Part shown: piece after piece, positions 56,525 to 64,000 of the stretch | How positions within the stretch are numbered: position 1 is the first letter of the stretch | Layout: every line of letters begins with the position of its first letter | Assembly: GCA_964424775.1 (NCBI GenBank) | Contig: CAYRJZ010000002.1 | Coordinates: 73,736-137,735 of the forward strand | DNA from: an uncultured Gammaproteobacteria bacterium | GTDB taxonomy: Bacteria > Patescibacteriota > Microgenomatia > Levybacterales > UBA12049 | Length of the DNA: 64,000 nucleotides | Direction: 5' to 3' | Made by a program: the position numbers and the translations under genes | The notes under the pieces: model-generated | The model's input: only the letters and a program-made list of their open reading frames with translations | Database searches by the model: none | What the model was told of the DNA's origin: nothing

Positions 56525-58075
56525 ATGAGTTCATCTAATTTTAGAAATCATAATAATTATCAACAGTCTGAATATGAGAAATATTTGGAGAGTATTATAG
56601 ATACCATCCGGGAAGCTTTATTAATATTAGATAAAAATCTAAGAGTTGTTTCAGCTAATAAAACTTTTTATCAAAGATTTAAAGTCAATAAAAAAGATAC
56701 GGAAGGTATACTCGTTTATGAACTTGGAAATGGACAATGGAATATTCCTGATCTGAAAAAGCTTCTTGAAGATATACTCCCTTCACATAATCCGTTTAAT
56801 GGTTTTAGAGTTGAATATAACTTCCCAAAAATTGGAAGAAAGGTAATGTTGCTTAATGCTAGACAAATTAAAGAAAAAGGATCATGGCAAGATAGAGTCC
56901 TACTCGCAATTGAGGACATTACATTATTTGATAAAGATAGACAGGAACGTGACGCAGGTATAGAACGTGAGCGATCAATTTCAAAAGAACTAAAAAAAAG
57001 TGAGCAAAAATTTAAAACACTCGCAGACAATATTCCGAATCTGTGTTGGATGGCAGATGCTGATGGATATATCTATTGGTATAATTCCAGATGGTATGAA
57101 TATACAGGAAAAAAACCTGCGGAAATGGTAGGTTGGGGATGGAAATCTGTCCATGATCCTGCCATATTGCCAAAAGTACTTGAAAGATGGAAAAACTCTC
57201 TTAAAACTGGAGTACCATTTGAAATGATTTTTCCTCTAAAATCAAAAACAGGAGAATATAATCCATTTTTAACTCTCATTGTTCCGGTTCATGACGAAAA
57301 AGGGAAAGTTATTCAATGGTTTGGGACAAATACTAATGTTTCAAAACAAGTAGAGTTAGAAAGGCAAAAAGATGAATTTTTAGGCATTGCTTCTCATGAA
57401 TTAAAAACACCAGTTACAAGTATAAAAGCATATGGTCAAGTGCTTCAGACGATGTTCCAGAGAAAAGGGGATGTAAAGGCTGTAGAAGCACTTCAAAAGA
57501 TGGACTCTCAGATAAATAAACTAACAAATCTCATTGGTGATCTCTTAGATGTTACAAAAATTCAGTCAGGAAGATTAGAATTTCATAAAGAGTATTTTGA
57601 CTTTAATGAGTTAGTATATGAAATAATTGATGAAATGCAATTAACGACAGAAAGACACATTTTAACAAAAGATCTTGCACAGACAAAGAGTGTATATGGT
57701 GATAGAGAAAGAATTGGACAGGTGTTGATCAATCTCATTTCAAACGCAATTAAGTATTCACCTCATACAGATAAAATAATAATTACTACAAATAATGATA
57801 AAGGAAATGTGAAATTATGTGTTCAGGATTTTGGAGTAGGAATTCCAAAAGAAAAACAAGATAAAATTTTCGAGCAGTTTTTCAGAATAAGTGGGCCTCA
57901 CTATAATACTGTTCCTGGTTTGGGTTTGGGATTATATATTTCTAGCGAAATTATTAAAAGACAAAAAGGTAAAATCTGGGTTGAAAGTATTGTTGGAAAA
58001 GGTTCATCTTTTTGTTTTTCATTACCTATCAGTAAAAAAAAGACTGTACCTGAAAATAAAAATATACTTTCTTAG
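56525..58075 (+). CDS. Cytoplasmic PAS-domain sensor histidine kinase
   Basis: Two PAS-like regions, HisKA (LGIASHELKTPVTSIKAYGQVL), and HATPase_c (N-box NLISNAIKYS, DFGVGIP, GLGLGLYIS). Confidence 0.8.
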   Translation: MSSSNFRNHNNYQQSEYEKYLESIIDTIREALLILDKNLRVVSANKTFYQRFKVNKKDTEGILVYELGNGQWNIPDLKKLLEDILPSHNPFNGFRVEYNFPKIGRKVMLLNARQIKEKGSWQDRVLLAIEDITLFDKDRQERDAGIERERSISKELKKSEQKFKTLADNIPNLCWMADADGYIYWYNSRWYEYTGKKPAEMVGWGWKSVHDPAILPKVLERWKNSLKTGVPFEMIFPLKSKTGEYNPFLTLIVPVHDEKGKVIQWFGTNTNVSKQVELERQKDEFLGIASHELKTPVTSIKAYGQVLQTMFQRKGDVKAVEALQKMDSQINKLTNLIGDLLDVTKIQSGRLEFHKEYFDFNELVYEIIDEMQLTTERHILTKDLAQTKSVYGDRERIGQVLINLISNAIKYSPHTDKIIITTNNDKGNVKLCVQDFGVGIPKEKQDKIFEQFFRISGPHYNTVPGLGLGLYISSEIIKRQKGKIWVESIVGKGSSFCFSLPISKKKTVPENKNILS

Positions 58076-58084
58076 CAATTATTT

Positions 58085-58450
58085 ATGAAGAATAAAATAC
58101 TCATCGCAGATGATGATCCTGCTATTTGTGATTCTATAAAAATGATATTAGAACTTGAAGGATATGAGGTAGATACTACAGTAAATGGAGAAACGATTTA
58201 TAAAATTGAACAAGACTATCCGGATTTACTCATACTTGATATTTGGATGAGTGGGCAGGATGGTAGGGATATATGTAAATATTTGAAAAAGAAATCTTAT
58301 ACAAAACATATACCAGTAATTATGATATCTGCAAGTAGGGATGTTCAAACAAGTGCTGTAGAATCTGGTGCTAATGATTTTTTAGCAAAACCATTCGAGC
58401 AACAGGATTTATTAGCAAAAATCTCAAAGTTTATAGGAAAACCTGTATAA
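58085..58450 (+). CDS. Stand-alone response-regulator receiver domain (CheY-like)
   Basis: ILIADDDPAI, D of LILDIWM (phospho-acceptor), and ...K of AKPF. Confidence 0.8.
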   Translation: MKNKILIADDDPAICDSIKMILELEGYEVDTTVNGETIYKIEQDYPDLLILDIWMSGQDGRDICKYLKKKSYTKHIPVIMISASRDVQTSAVESGANDFLAKPFEQQDLLAKISKFIGKPV

Positions 58451-58508
58451 ATACACTATTTTAATATGTAAGTAATTTTGTAGAAAATATGGTACTATTG
58501 TACTCTCC

Positions 58509-59177
58509 ATGTCCCAGCAGTTCTCGTATAAAATTCAGAAATCAAAAAGACGATCTCTTGCATTGCAAATAACACCTGCCGGAGAATTAATTGTCAAAAC
58601 ACCACTACATCTTCCAGAACGATTGATTGATAAATTTCTCAATGAACATGAAGATTGGATAAAAGAAAAATTAGAAAAAATAAAGAAGAGGCCAAAAACT
58701 CCCTCCCATACTTATGCCAATGGTGATATATTTTTATTTTTGGGTCAGGAAGTAAAATTGCAGGTCGGAGATTTTAAAGAGATATCAGTGAGTAATGGTT
58801 CACTTTTTTTTCCAATAGGACTTTTATTTCGGATACAGAAAGAAATTGAAAATTTTTATATACGTGAAGCGCGACAATTGATAACGAGTCAGACAGAGAA
58901 ATTTGCAAAAGAAATGGGAACGTCATTTAGAGAAATCACTTTTTCAGATACGAGATCTCAATGGGGAAGATGTACAGTTGATAATAGACTGCAATTTAGC
59001 TGGAGGCTCATTATGGCACCACTCTTAACTTTGAATTATGTTGTCATTCATGAACTCGCACATACAGCTGAAAAGAATCACTCGAGAGCTTTCTGGAGTA
59101 CTGTTCGAAAATATACACCATCATATAAGCAACAAATAAAATGGCTTCATGACAATGGCACCCGGCTTATTATTTAG
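58509..59177 (+). CDS. YgjP-like (DUF45/SprT-like) zinc metallopeptidase
   Basis: VVIHELAHTAEKNHSRAFWSTV matches HExxH...HS..FW of PF01863. Confidence 0.6.
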   Translation: MSQQFSYKIQKSKRRSLALQITPAGELIVKTPLHLPERLIDKFLNEHEDWIKEKLEKIKKRPKTPSHTYANGDIFLFLGQEVKLQVGDFKEISVSNGSLFFPIGLLFRIQKEIENFYIREARQLITSQTEKFAKEMGTSFREITFSDTRSQWGRCTVDNRLQFSWRLIMAPLLTLNYVVIHELAHTAEKNHSRAFWSTVRKYTPSYKQQIKWLHDNGTRLII

Positions 59178-59403
59178 TAATTTTTTTTGCTAATTTTTGC
59201 GCGAGAAATGTTGCAGCATTTCCAATCTCATCTTTTGGTATATACAGTCGAAAACGTGATGGCATATTAAGATCTTTAAGAGTGAGTGTTCCAAAACCAT
59301 CTTCTTTAATTTTTGAGGGAATACCTGCTTTCACAAGAATTTCTTGTGCTAATTCTGCTTGTTCACGGGTCCGAAATATCCGAATACAACGGGGTTCGTT
59401 CAT
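59170..59403 (-). CDS. DUF2007-like small protein (putative signal-transducing protein fold)
   Basis: 77 aa; IRIFRTREQAELAQEILVKAGIP...RLYIPKDEIGNAATFL resembles PF09413. Confidence 0.4.
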   Translation of the reverse strand: MNEPRCIRIFRTREQAELAQEILVKAGIPSKIKEDGFGTLTLKDLNMPSRFRLYIPKDEIGNAATFLAQKLAKKITK

Positions 59404-59576
59404 AAGATGATTTTATCATGTAATAGGTATGTAAAAATTATGCCTGACAATGTATTGAGGACCTTGACTACTTCCTTTTTGGAAAGTATAAAAGGAGAAT
59501 GATTGATAATTCTTTTGTATGAGTACAATCAGTGACCGGAGTAATTCCGGTTTTTTTGTGGAAAGGAGGTGAAAAA

Positions 59577-60380
59577 ATGAATATAAAAAATACAGTAATG
59601 AGTGGTGCAGCTGCAGGCGTCATGATGCTTTCAAGTGTTCTTCCTGCTTTTGCTGCTACAACTGTTGTCACTCCAACAAATACACAAGGATGGAGTACAG
59701 CTGATACACGACCAGGAGGAGCGGTGACTTTTGTTGCAGACGCAGACGCTCCAGGTGGCGACGGTGCTCTACAGTTAACGACTGATGCAACTACGACATC
59801 TAAGGCGCAGTATATGCACGAAGCATCAACACCTATAACTGATATAACAGAGCTTTCGTATTACTCAAAACAGATAAGTGCTTCATTCCCTCAAGGCGAT
59901 GCATCATATCAGTTAGCAATTGATACAAATGGCACAGAAACAGGTGGTTTTACAACACTTGTCTATGAGCCATACCAGAATGGAACTGTTGTCCCAAATA
60001 CATGGACACAACATGATGTAGATCAAGGACAGTTCTGGTCATCACGAAGTATCACGTGCAGTAACGGATCTTTGACAGCTGGTGGAGGTGGAACACCTTT
60101 CTACACTCTTAGTGATGTAAAGACAATGTGTCCAGAAGCAGTAGTTGTTGGTTTTGGTGTCAATATTGGGTCAAGCAATCCAAGTTACACTATCAACACA
60201 GATCTCGTGACCTTTAATGGAACTACATATGACTTTGAGCTGGTAGAACCAGGTCCAGTTGTGAACGAACCAACAAGTAAAGATGCTTGTAAAAATGGTG
60301 GATATAAGACTTTGACAAATTCTGAAGGCGATGTTTTCAGGAATCAAGGTCAGTGCGTGAGTTATTTCAACCACATGTAG
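59577..60380 (+). CDS. Secreted Thr/Gly-rich protein with six Cys (function unknown)
   Basis: The start was taken at ATG 59577, behind AGGAGGTG. The signal peptide is MNIKNTVMSGAAAGVMMLSSVLPAFAA. Local GC is elevated, with one 60-nt line counting 60%. Confidence 0.45.
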   Translation: MNIKNTVMSGAAAGVMMLSSVLPAFAATTVVTPTNTQGWSTADTRPGGAVTFVADADAPGGDGALQLTTDATTTSKAQYMHEASTPITDITELSYYSKQISASFPQGDASYQLAIDTNGTETGGFTTLVYEPYQNGTVVPNTWTQHDVDQGQFWSSRSITCSNGSLTAGGGGTPFYTLSDVKTMCPEAVVVGFGVNIGSSNPSYTINTDLVTFNGTTYDFELVEPGPVVNEPTSKDACKNGGYKTLTNSEGDVFRNQGQCVSYFNHM

Positions 60381-60458
60381 TTGATATTAACGCATTTTTG
60401 ATGAAACCCTCGAGCAATCGGGGGTTTCATAGTAATCAGTCATGTATAATGCCAAAGT

Positions 60459-61085
60459 ATGACTGAAGGAATAAATTTTATACCAGAGTCTGAGTTAAAT
60501 AAAAAAACTAGTGGTGTAATCATAATGTATCCCGATCAAAGAACTACGGGAGGTGGAAAATTAACAAAAGAGGAATTAAGCGGAACATTTGAAGAGAGTT
60601 TCTTAGATACAGCGACAAATATCTTATCGAGATATAAAAGGCAAAATATCAAAATAAATGGAGTAGTTTTTGCAGATACTTTACCAACTCAATTTAGTTC
60701 TTTTTATCCTGAACATCTTTTTGATAACATTGTAGCTTTGAGAATAGGTTTTATGGACTGGAAGTCTGCTTCGCATTTAGACCTTCTTCAGGAGATTTAT
60801 AGTGATCTATCAATTGACGATTCAGGATCAGTTGTTGTTGGGGGCTATCATGCTTTTGATTGTGTTGTTGATATGACAAGAGTGCTAGAAGCTATGGGAA
60901 GAAAAGTTGAACCAAATCTGCTATTAACAGATCAGTTAGGTGAATTACTTGTCCAGCACAGTGCTCGTCGGATTTTGGCTCCCAATGATGTGGAAGAACG
61001 AGGAAGGGAAAGAGAAGTGTGGAGACAAAAATATGACCATTTTCAGAAACTGGTAAGATCAGAGGATATTTTTGTCGGAAAGTGA
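60459..61085 (+). CDS. Isochorismatase-like cysteine hydrolase family protein (tentative)
   Basis: SVVVGGYHAFDCVVDMTRVLEAMGRKV resembles the isochorismatase nucleophile segment (vvGxxxxxCVxxTxRxAxxxGyxV). Confidence 0.3.
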   Translation: MTEGINFIPESELNKKTSGVIIMYPDQRTTGGGKLTKEELSGTFEESFLDTATNILSRYKRQNIKINGVVFADTLPTQFSSFYPEHLFDNIVALRIGFMDWKSASHLDLLQEIYSDLSIDDSGSVVVGGYHAFDCVVDMTRVLEAMGRKVEPNLLLTDQLGELLVQHSARRILAPNDVEERGREREVWRQKYDHFQKLVRSEDIFVGK

Positions 61086-62423
61086 AATTTCTTCTCCATC
61101 TTTGGGAAGATAGACGTCTTTTATATGAAGTTCTGTCTGGATTTTTTCTCTCAGTGCTTCCTGTTGTGGGAGTTCACCATGAGTTAAGAATACTTTCTTT
61201 ACTCCTTTTATGTGACCGAGCCATTTCAAAAGACGTGGCTGGTCTGCGTGAGAACTGAGAGTTTTAATTTCTCTTATCTGAGCACGAACTTGATGTTGTC
61301 TTTTATCAATTACGACTTGTTTGGCCCCTTCAAGAATATCTCGACCAACTGTTTCCTCTGCCTGATAGCCAACGAAAAGTATTCTTGTCGATCCATTTGC
61401 CAGATAATTTTCTGCGTGGTGCAGAATACGTCCACCAGCCATCATGCCTGATCCGGCGATAATAACTTTAGGGGGAGTAGCTCTGATAATATCTTTACTG
61501 TCCCGTGGGCTATCGGTAATGACGAGTCCTTCAAAGTTAAAGGGAATAGTATCATGGGATCGGATCTCATCATTATAAAATGCATTAAAGTCTAAATAGA
61601 CAGTTGTTGCATCAATACCCATTGGACTATCTAAAAAGACCGGGGTATCTGGTCTGACTTTCCCATCTTTTTTTAAGTGGTGAATGATGTGGAGAATTTC
61701 CTGTGTGCGCTCAAGTGCAAAGGCTGGAATAAGAAGTACTCCACCTTCTTTCTCAATCGTATTTATTTCTTCCTGGATAACAAGAGATGGATCCTCATCA
61801 GGATGAGCGGAGTCACCGTATGTGGACTCCATAACAACATAATCAGCAGACTCAATATAGTGTGTTGGTTTGACAATTGATTGAGGTGTATTACCAAGGT
61901 CTCCACTGAAGACAATTTTGTCTTTTGAGTCACTTGAGGTATCAGTTATTTCTATACTTGCTGAACCGAGGATATGGCCGGCATCACGAAAGACAGCTGA
62001 AAAACTTCCTACAATTACTTCTTTATCATACTCAACTACCTGGATCATATTCATAACTTTCCAGACTTCTTCACTGGTATAAAGAGGAGTAATACTTTCT
62101 TTTTCTGCAATTCGTGCGGAGTCATTTAAAATGATTTCTACAAACGCTTTTGTCGGAGCGGTCATAAATATTTTCCCTTTGAACCCGCTATAAATGAGAA
62201 GAGGAAGTCTGCCTGTATGGTCTAAGTGAGCATGGGTAATAAAAACTGCTTGAAGACCGGAAATGTTATATGGAAGTGTCTCAAAATTTTTCTTTTCCAT
62301 TTTAGGACTTCCCTGAAACATACCAAAGTCAATAAGTGCTTGATTGTTATCATCTGCAGTAATGAGATAATTTGACCCGGTGACCTCTCCATTACTTGCG
62401 CCAAAAAATTCAATTTTCTTCAT
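61059..62423 (-). CDS. Metallo-beta-lactamase fold beta-CASP ribonuclease (RNase J / CPSF-like)
   Basis: VFITHAHLDHTGRLP (HxHxDH), a downstream D and H of the MBL fold, and a beta-CASP-type middle region; 454 aa. Confidence 0.7.
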   Translation of the reverse strand: MKKIEFFGASNGEVTGSNYLITADDNNQALIDFGMFQGSPKMEKKNFETLPYNISGLQAVFITHAHLDHTGRLPLLIYSGFKGKIFMTAPTKAFVEIILNDSARIAEKESITPLYTSEEVWKVMNMIQVVEYDKEVIVGSFSAVFRDAGHILGSASIEITDTSSDSKDKIVFSGDLGNTPQSIVKPTHYIESADYVVMESTYGDSAHPDEDPSLVIQEEINTIEKEGGVLLIPAFALERTQEILHIIHHLKKDGKVRPDTPVFLDSPMGIDATTVYLDFNAFYNDEIRSHDTIPFNFEGLVITDSPRDSKDIIRATPPKVIIAGSGMMAGGRILHHAENYLANGSTRILFVGYQAEETVGRDILEGAKQVVIDKRQHQVRAQIREIKTLSSHADQPRLLKWLGHIKGVKKVFLTHGELPQQEALREKIQTELHIKDVYLPKDGEEISLSDKNIL

Positions 62424-62473
62424 AAGCTTCAGTATAAAATGAAACAGAGGAAATTACTAGTTAACAACTAACA

Positions 62474-63229
62474 TTATTTGAGTATTTGATGATCTCTCAA
62501 AAGCGTTTCATATGCGCCAATCTTATGTAACTCTCTTTCAACAGTAGTCTTTCCAATTGATGTCCCACTTCGTATCTGTTTGAGGACACCTTCAGTTGCA
62601 GTTTGTGCACCACTGAAGAACGTATACACATCATGTGGAGCAATTCGCGCAATCGCAAGCTCTGTCTGGGTATCACTGGGTAAGTTCCATGCTGTCTCTA
62701 GTGGAGGCTTTGGGGTTTTTGTCTTTTCACGTTTATGACGAGCTATCTCTTCTTGTCTTTTTTCTAATTTTTCCTTTAATGAAATAAAGCATTGCTCACT
62801 TGCATCCCAATCAACTAATTGTTCATAAACTGACTCATCGTTTCTTGGAAATCCATTCATATGAATAAGGGCTTTTTCAAGGGCGAAATCTTCCTCACCT
62901 TTTTCCCACCGTCTATCATGTGGACCATAAATTGAATCATTTACATTTCTGATTCTTTCGAGCTCATCTGGAGGTGGTGTGTTGTACCAATTTATAACAA
63001 GTCCAGTTGGTCGATATATAAAAGCCATTGAAGGATTCCCTTCTCCTTTCCCTTTTTCCCCATAGAGCCAGAGTATATGCCCTCGTCCATGAATATCTTT
63101 TGCTGGATCATAATTGAGAAATTCATCCCTATCAGAATGAGTAAAGACAGGGAAATATCGTTTTACTCTGTTTTCTATTGTGAGTATGAGTGCTTCGTTT
63201 TCCTGAAAACCTGTGGTAGTCTCAGTCAT
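62474..63229 (-). CDS. Hypothetical protein
   Basis: ORF only. It is co-oriented with the beta-CASP RNase gene, 50 nt downstream of it. Confidence 0.3.
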   Translation of the reverse strand: MTETTTGFQENEALILTIENRVKRYFPVFTHSDRDEFLNYDPAKDIHGRGHILWLYGEKGKGEGNPSMAFIYRPTGLVINWYNTPPPDELERIRNVNDSIYGPHDRRWEKGEEDFALEKALIHMNGFPRNDESVYEQLVDWDASEQCFISLKEKLEKRQEEIARHKREKTKTPKPPLETAWNLPSDTQTELAIARIAPHDVYTFFSGAQTATEGVLKQIRSGTSIGKTTVERELHKIGAYETLLRDHQILK

Positions 63230-63268
63230 GGGTGAAGTATATCAAATTAAGAGTGCTATAATAACAGT

Positions 63269-63814
63269 GTGCTGAGTTCACTTACTTTTATTACTAGCAA
63301 TAGTGCGAAAGCTGATCAAATTGCTAGATATCTTGATTTCCCCATCAAACATCACAAGCTTGATTTAAAAGAAATTCAATCTCTTGACCTCGATGAGATA
63401 GTGAAAGCAAAAGTGAAAGAAGCATACATGCAACTTCTATCTCCGATCCTTGTTGAAGATACCTCACTGACCTTTAATGTGTTAGGGAAGTTGCCTGGAC
63501 CACTCATAAAATTTTTTCTTCACGAATTAAAAAATGAAGGACTATGTTCTTTACTTGATCATTATCCAGATAGATCAGCGGTAGCTGAGGTAACATTTGG
63601 TTTGCACACCGGAAAAGAGGTAAAGCTTTTCAACTCTAAAATTAAAGGTAAGATTGCTGCAAAGCCTAGAGGTCCTGAACTTTTTGGATTTGATCCAATA
63701 TTTATTCCAGAAGGGTCTGAGAAAACATGGGCAGAAATGAGCAAAGAAGAAAAAGATCAAACATCAATGAGAAAAGGCGCACTTATGAAAATAGAGCAAT
63801 TTCTTATAACTTAA
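63269..63814 (+). CDS. rdgB: Non-canonical purine NTP pyrophosphatase (RdgB/Ham1/ITPase family)
   Basis: FITSNSAK, LVEDTSL, FGFDPIFIPEG...T.AEM...K...SMRKGA are the Ham1 signatures. Confidence 0.75.
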   Translation: MLSSLTFITSNSAKADQIARYLDFPIKHHKLDLKEIQSLDLDEIVKAKVKEAYMQLLSPILVEDTSLTFNVLGKLPGPLIKFFLHELKNEGLCSLLDHYPDRSAVAEVTFGLHTGKEVKLFNSKIKGKIAAKPRGPELFGFDPIFIPEGSEKTWAEMSKEEKDQTSMRKGALMKIEQFLIT

Positions 63815-63818
63815 ATTT

Positions 63819-64000
63819 ATGCCAGCTCAAAAAATTAGTATCAATAGCGCAAAAAAAGAAAAACTCTTCTACTTCGTTGCAAATGTTGTTGTGTATAGGC
63901 GCCTTGATAAAAGGTGTCTTATTCTTCAAAGAGATGAAAGAGAAGTTGTGCATCCAGGAAAATTTGGTGTGGTAGGTGGAAAACTTGAATGGAAAGATTT
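63819..64000 (+). CDS. NUDIX hydrolase, 3'-partial at the window edge
   Basis: ATG 63819 gives MPAQKISINSAKKEKLFYFVANVVVYRRLDKRCLILQRDEREVVHPGKFGVVGGKLEWKD. This is the start of a Nudix fold, with GKFGVVGGKLE preceding the Nudix box. The ORF track's 63727 ORF is in another frame. Confidence 0.45.
   Translation, partial: MPAQKISINSAKKEKLFYFVANVVVYRRLDKRCLILQRDEREVVHPGKFGVVGGKLEWKD

Noticed and set aside
63727-63975. ORF-track ORF beginning MGRNEQRRKRS.
   Set aside because: A different frame starting at ATG 63819 gives a clean NUDIX N-terminus. The track ORF overlaps the rdgB 3' end and looks spurious.
1-64000. Alternative genetic code (UGA=Gly, as in some CPR lineages).
   Set aside because: Several well-conserved genes, for example the GT-C at 19904..21352, terminate at TGA exactly where homologs end and where the next gene starts. 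The standard code gives clean, contiguous genes.
1-64000. CRISPR arrays, tRNA or rRNA genes, and IS elements.
   Set aside because: No regularly spaced 25-40 bp repeats, no tRNA-like cloverleaf candidates in intergenic regions and no transposase or integrase-like ORFs were seen. The only repeat arrays are the short operator-like repeats upstream of mraZ.

Overview
This 64 kb window is a low-GC bacterial segment that uses the standard genetic code (UGA is a stop) and is densely packed with genes. Its compact organisation, low GC and heavy investment in membrane glycosyltransferases fit a Patescibacteria/CPR-like genome, but that placement is inference. No rRNA gene, tRNA gene or CRISPR array was seen.

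Three blocks stand out.

- **Sugar activation and modification cluster (about 1 to 9,000; roughly 25-30% GC).** The glycosyltransferase at the window start is truncated at its 5' end. The island runs through a 6-phospho-3-hexuloisomerase-like SIS protein, a ribulose-phosphate-3-epimerase-family barrel, two divergently transcribed paralogous nucleotidyltransferases (one fused to an aminoglycoside/choline-kinase-fold kinase), a KdsC-family phosphatase, two SAM methyltransferases and a hexapeptide-repeat acetyltransferase.
- **Lipid-linked surface glycosylation island (about 9,000 to 28,500).** It holds three ArnT/PMT/YfhO-like GT-C membrane glycosyltransferases and an ArnC/GtrB/DPM1-like GT2. 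A 1,027-aa O-antigen-ligase (Wzy_C) fusion protein, whose C-terminal membrane half may be a fourth GT-C domain, sits among them. Four complete GT4 enzymes and one truncated GT4 fragment are present, with mannose-1-phosphate guanylyltransferase, a small initiating phosphoglycosyltransferase and a large membrane-anchored exoprotein.
- **Expanded division and cell wall (dcw) cluster (31,860 to 52,101).** It runs mraZ, rsmH, ftsL-like, ftsI, murE-like, murC, murA, a GlmU-like uridylyltransferase domain, a GNAT, glmS, a divergent membrane-anchored MurF-like protein with a degenerate P-loop, mraY, ftsW, murG, a mini FtsQ-like protein, ftsA and ftsZ. Three perfect 10-bp-phased AGTAGTGA direct repeats sit between a candidate promoter and mraZ and look like a MraZ operator.

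Downstream of ftsZ lie a very AT-rich two-gene insert (a zinc-ribbon plus DUF4145-like protein and a small unknown), a HIT hydrolase and a GNAT. A locally GC-rich gene encodes a stand-alone ClpX-type zinc-binding domain. A TerC-family gene is preceded by what reads as a yybP-ykoY (Mn2+) riboswitch with a terminator-like expression platform. The window ends with a PAS histidine kinase and stand-alone receiver, a YgjP-like metallopeptidase, a DUF2007-like protein, a GC-elevated secreted Thr/Gly-rich protein, a beta-CASP MBL ribonuclease, RdgB and a partial NUDIX gene.

Every functional call comes from motif recognition in the supplied translations. No database search was run.
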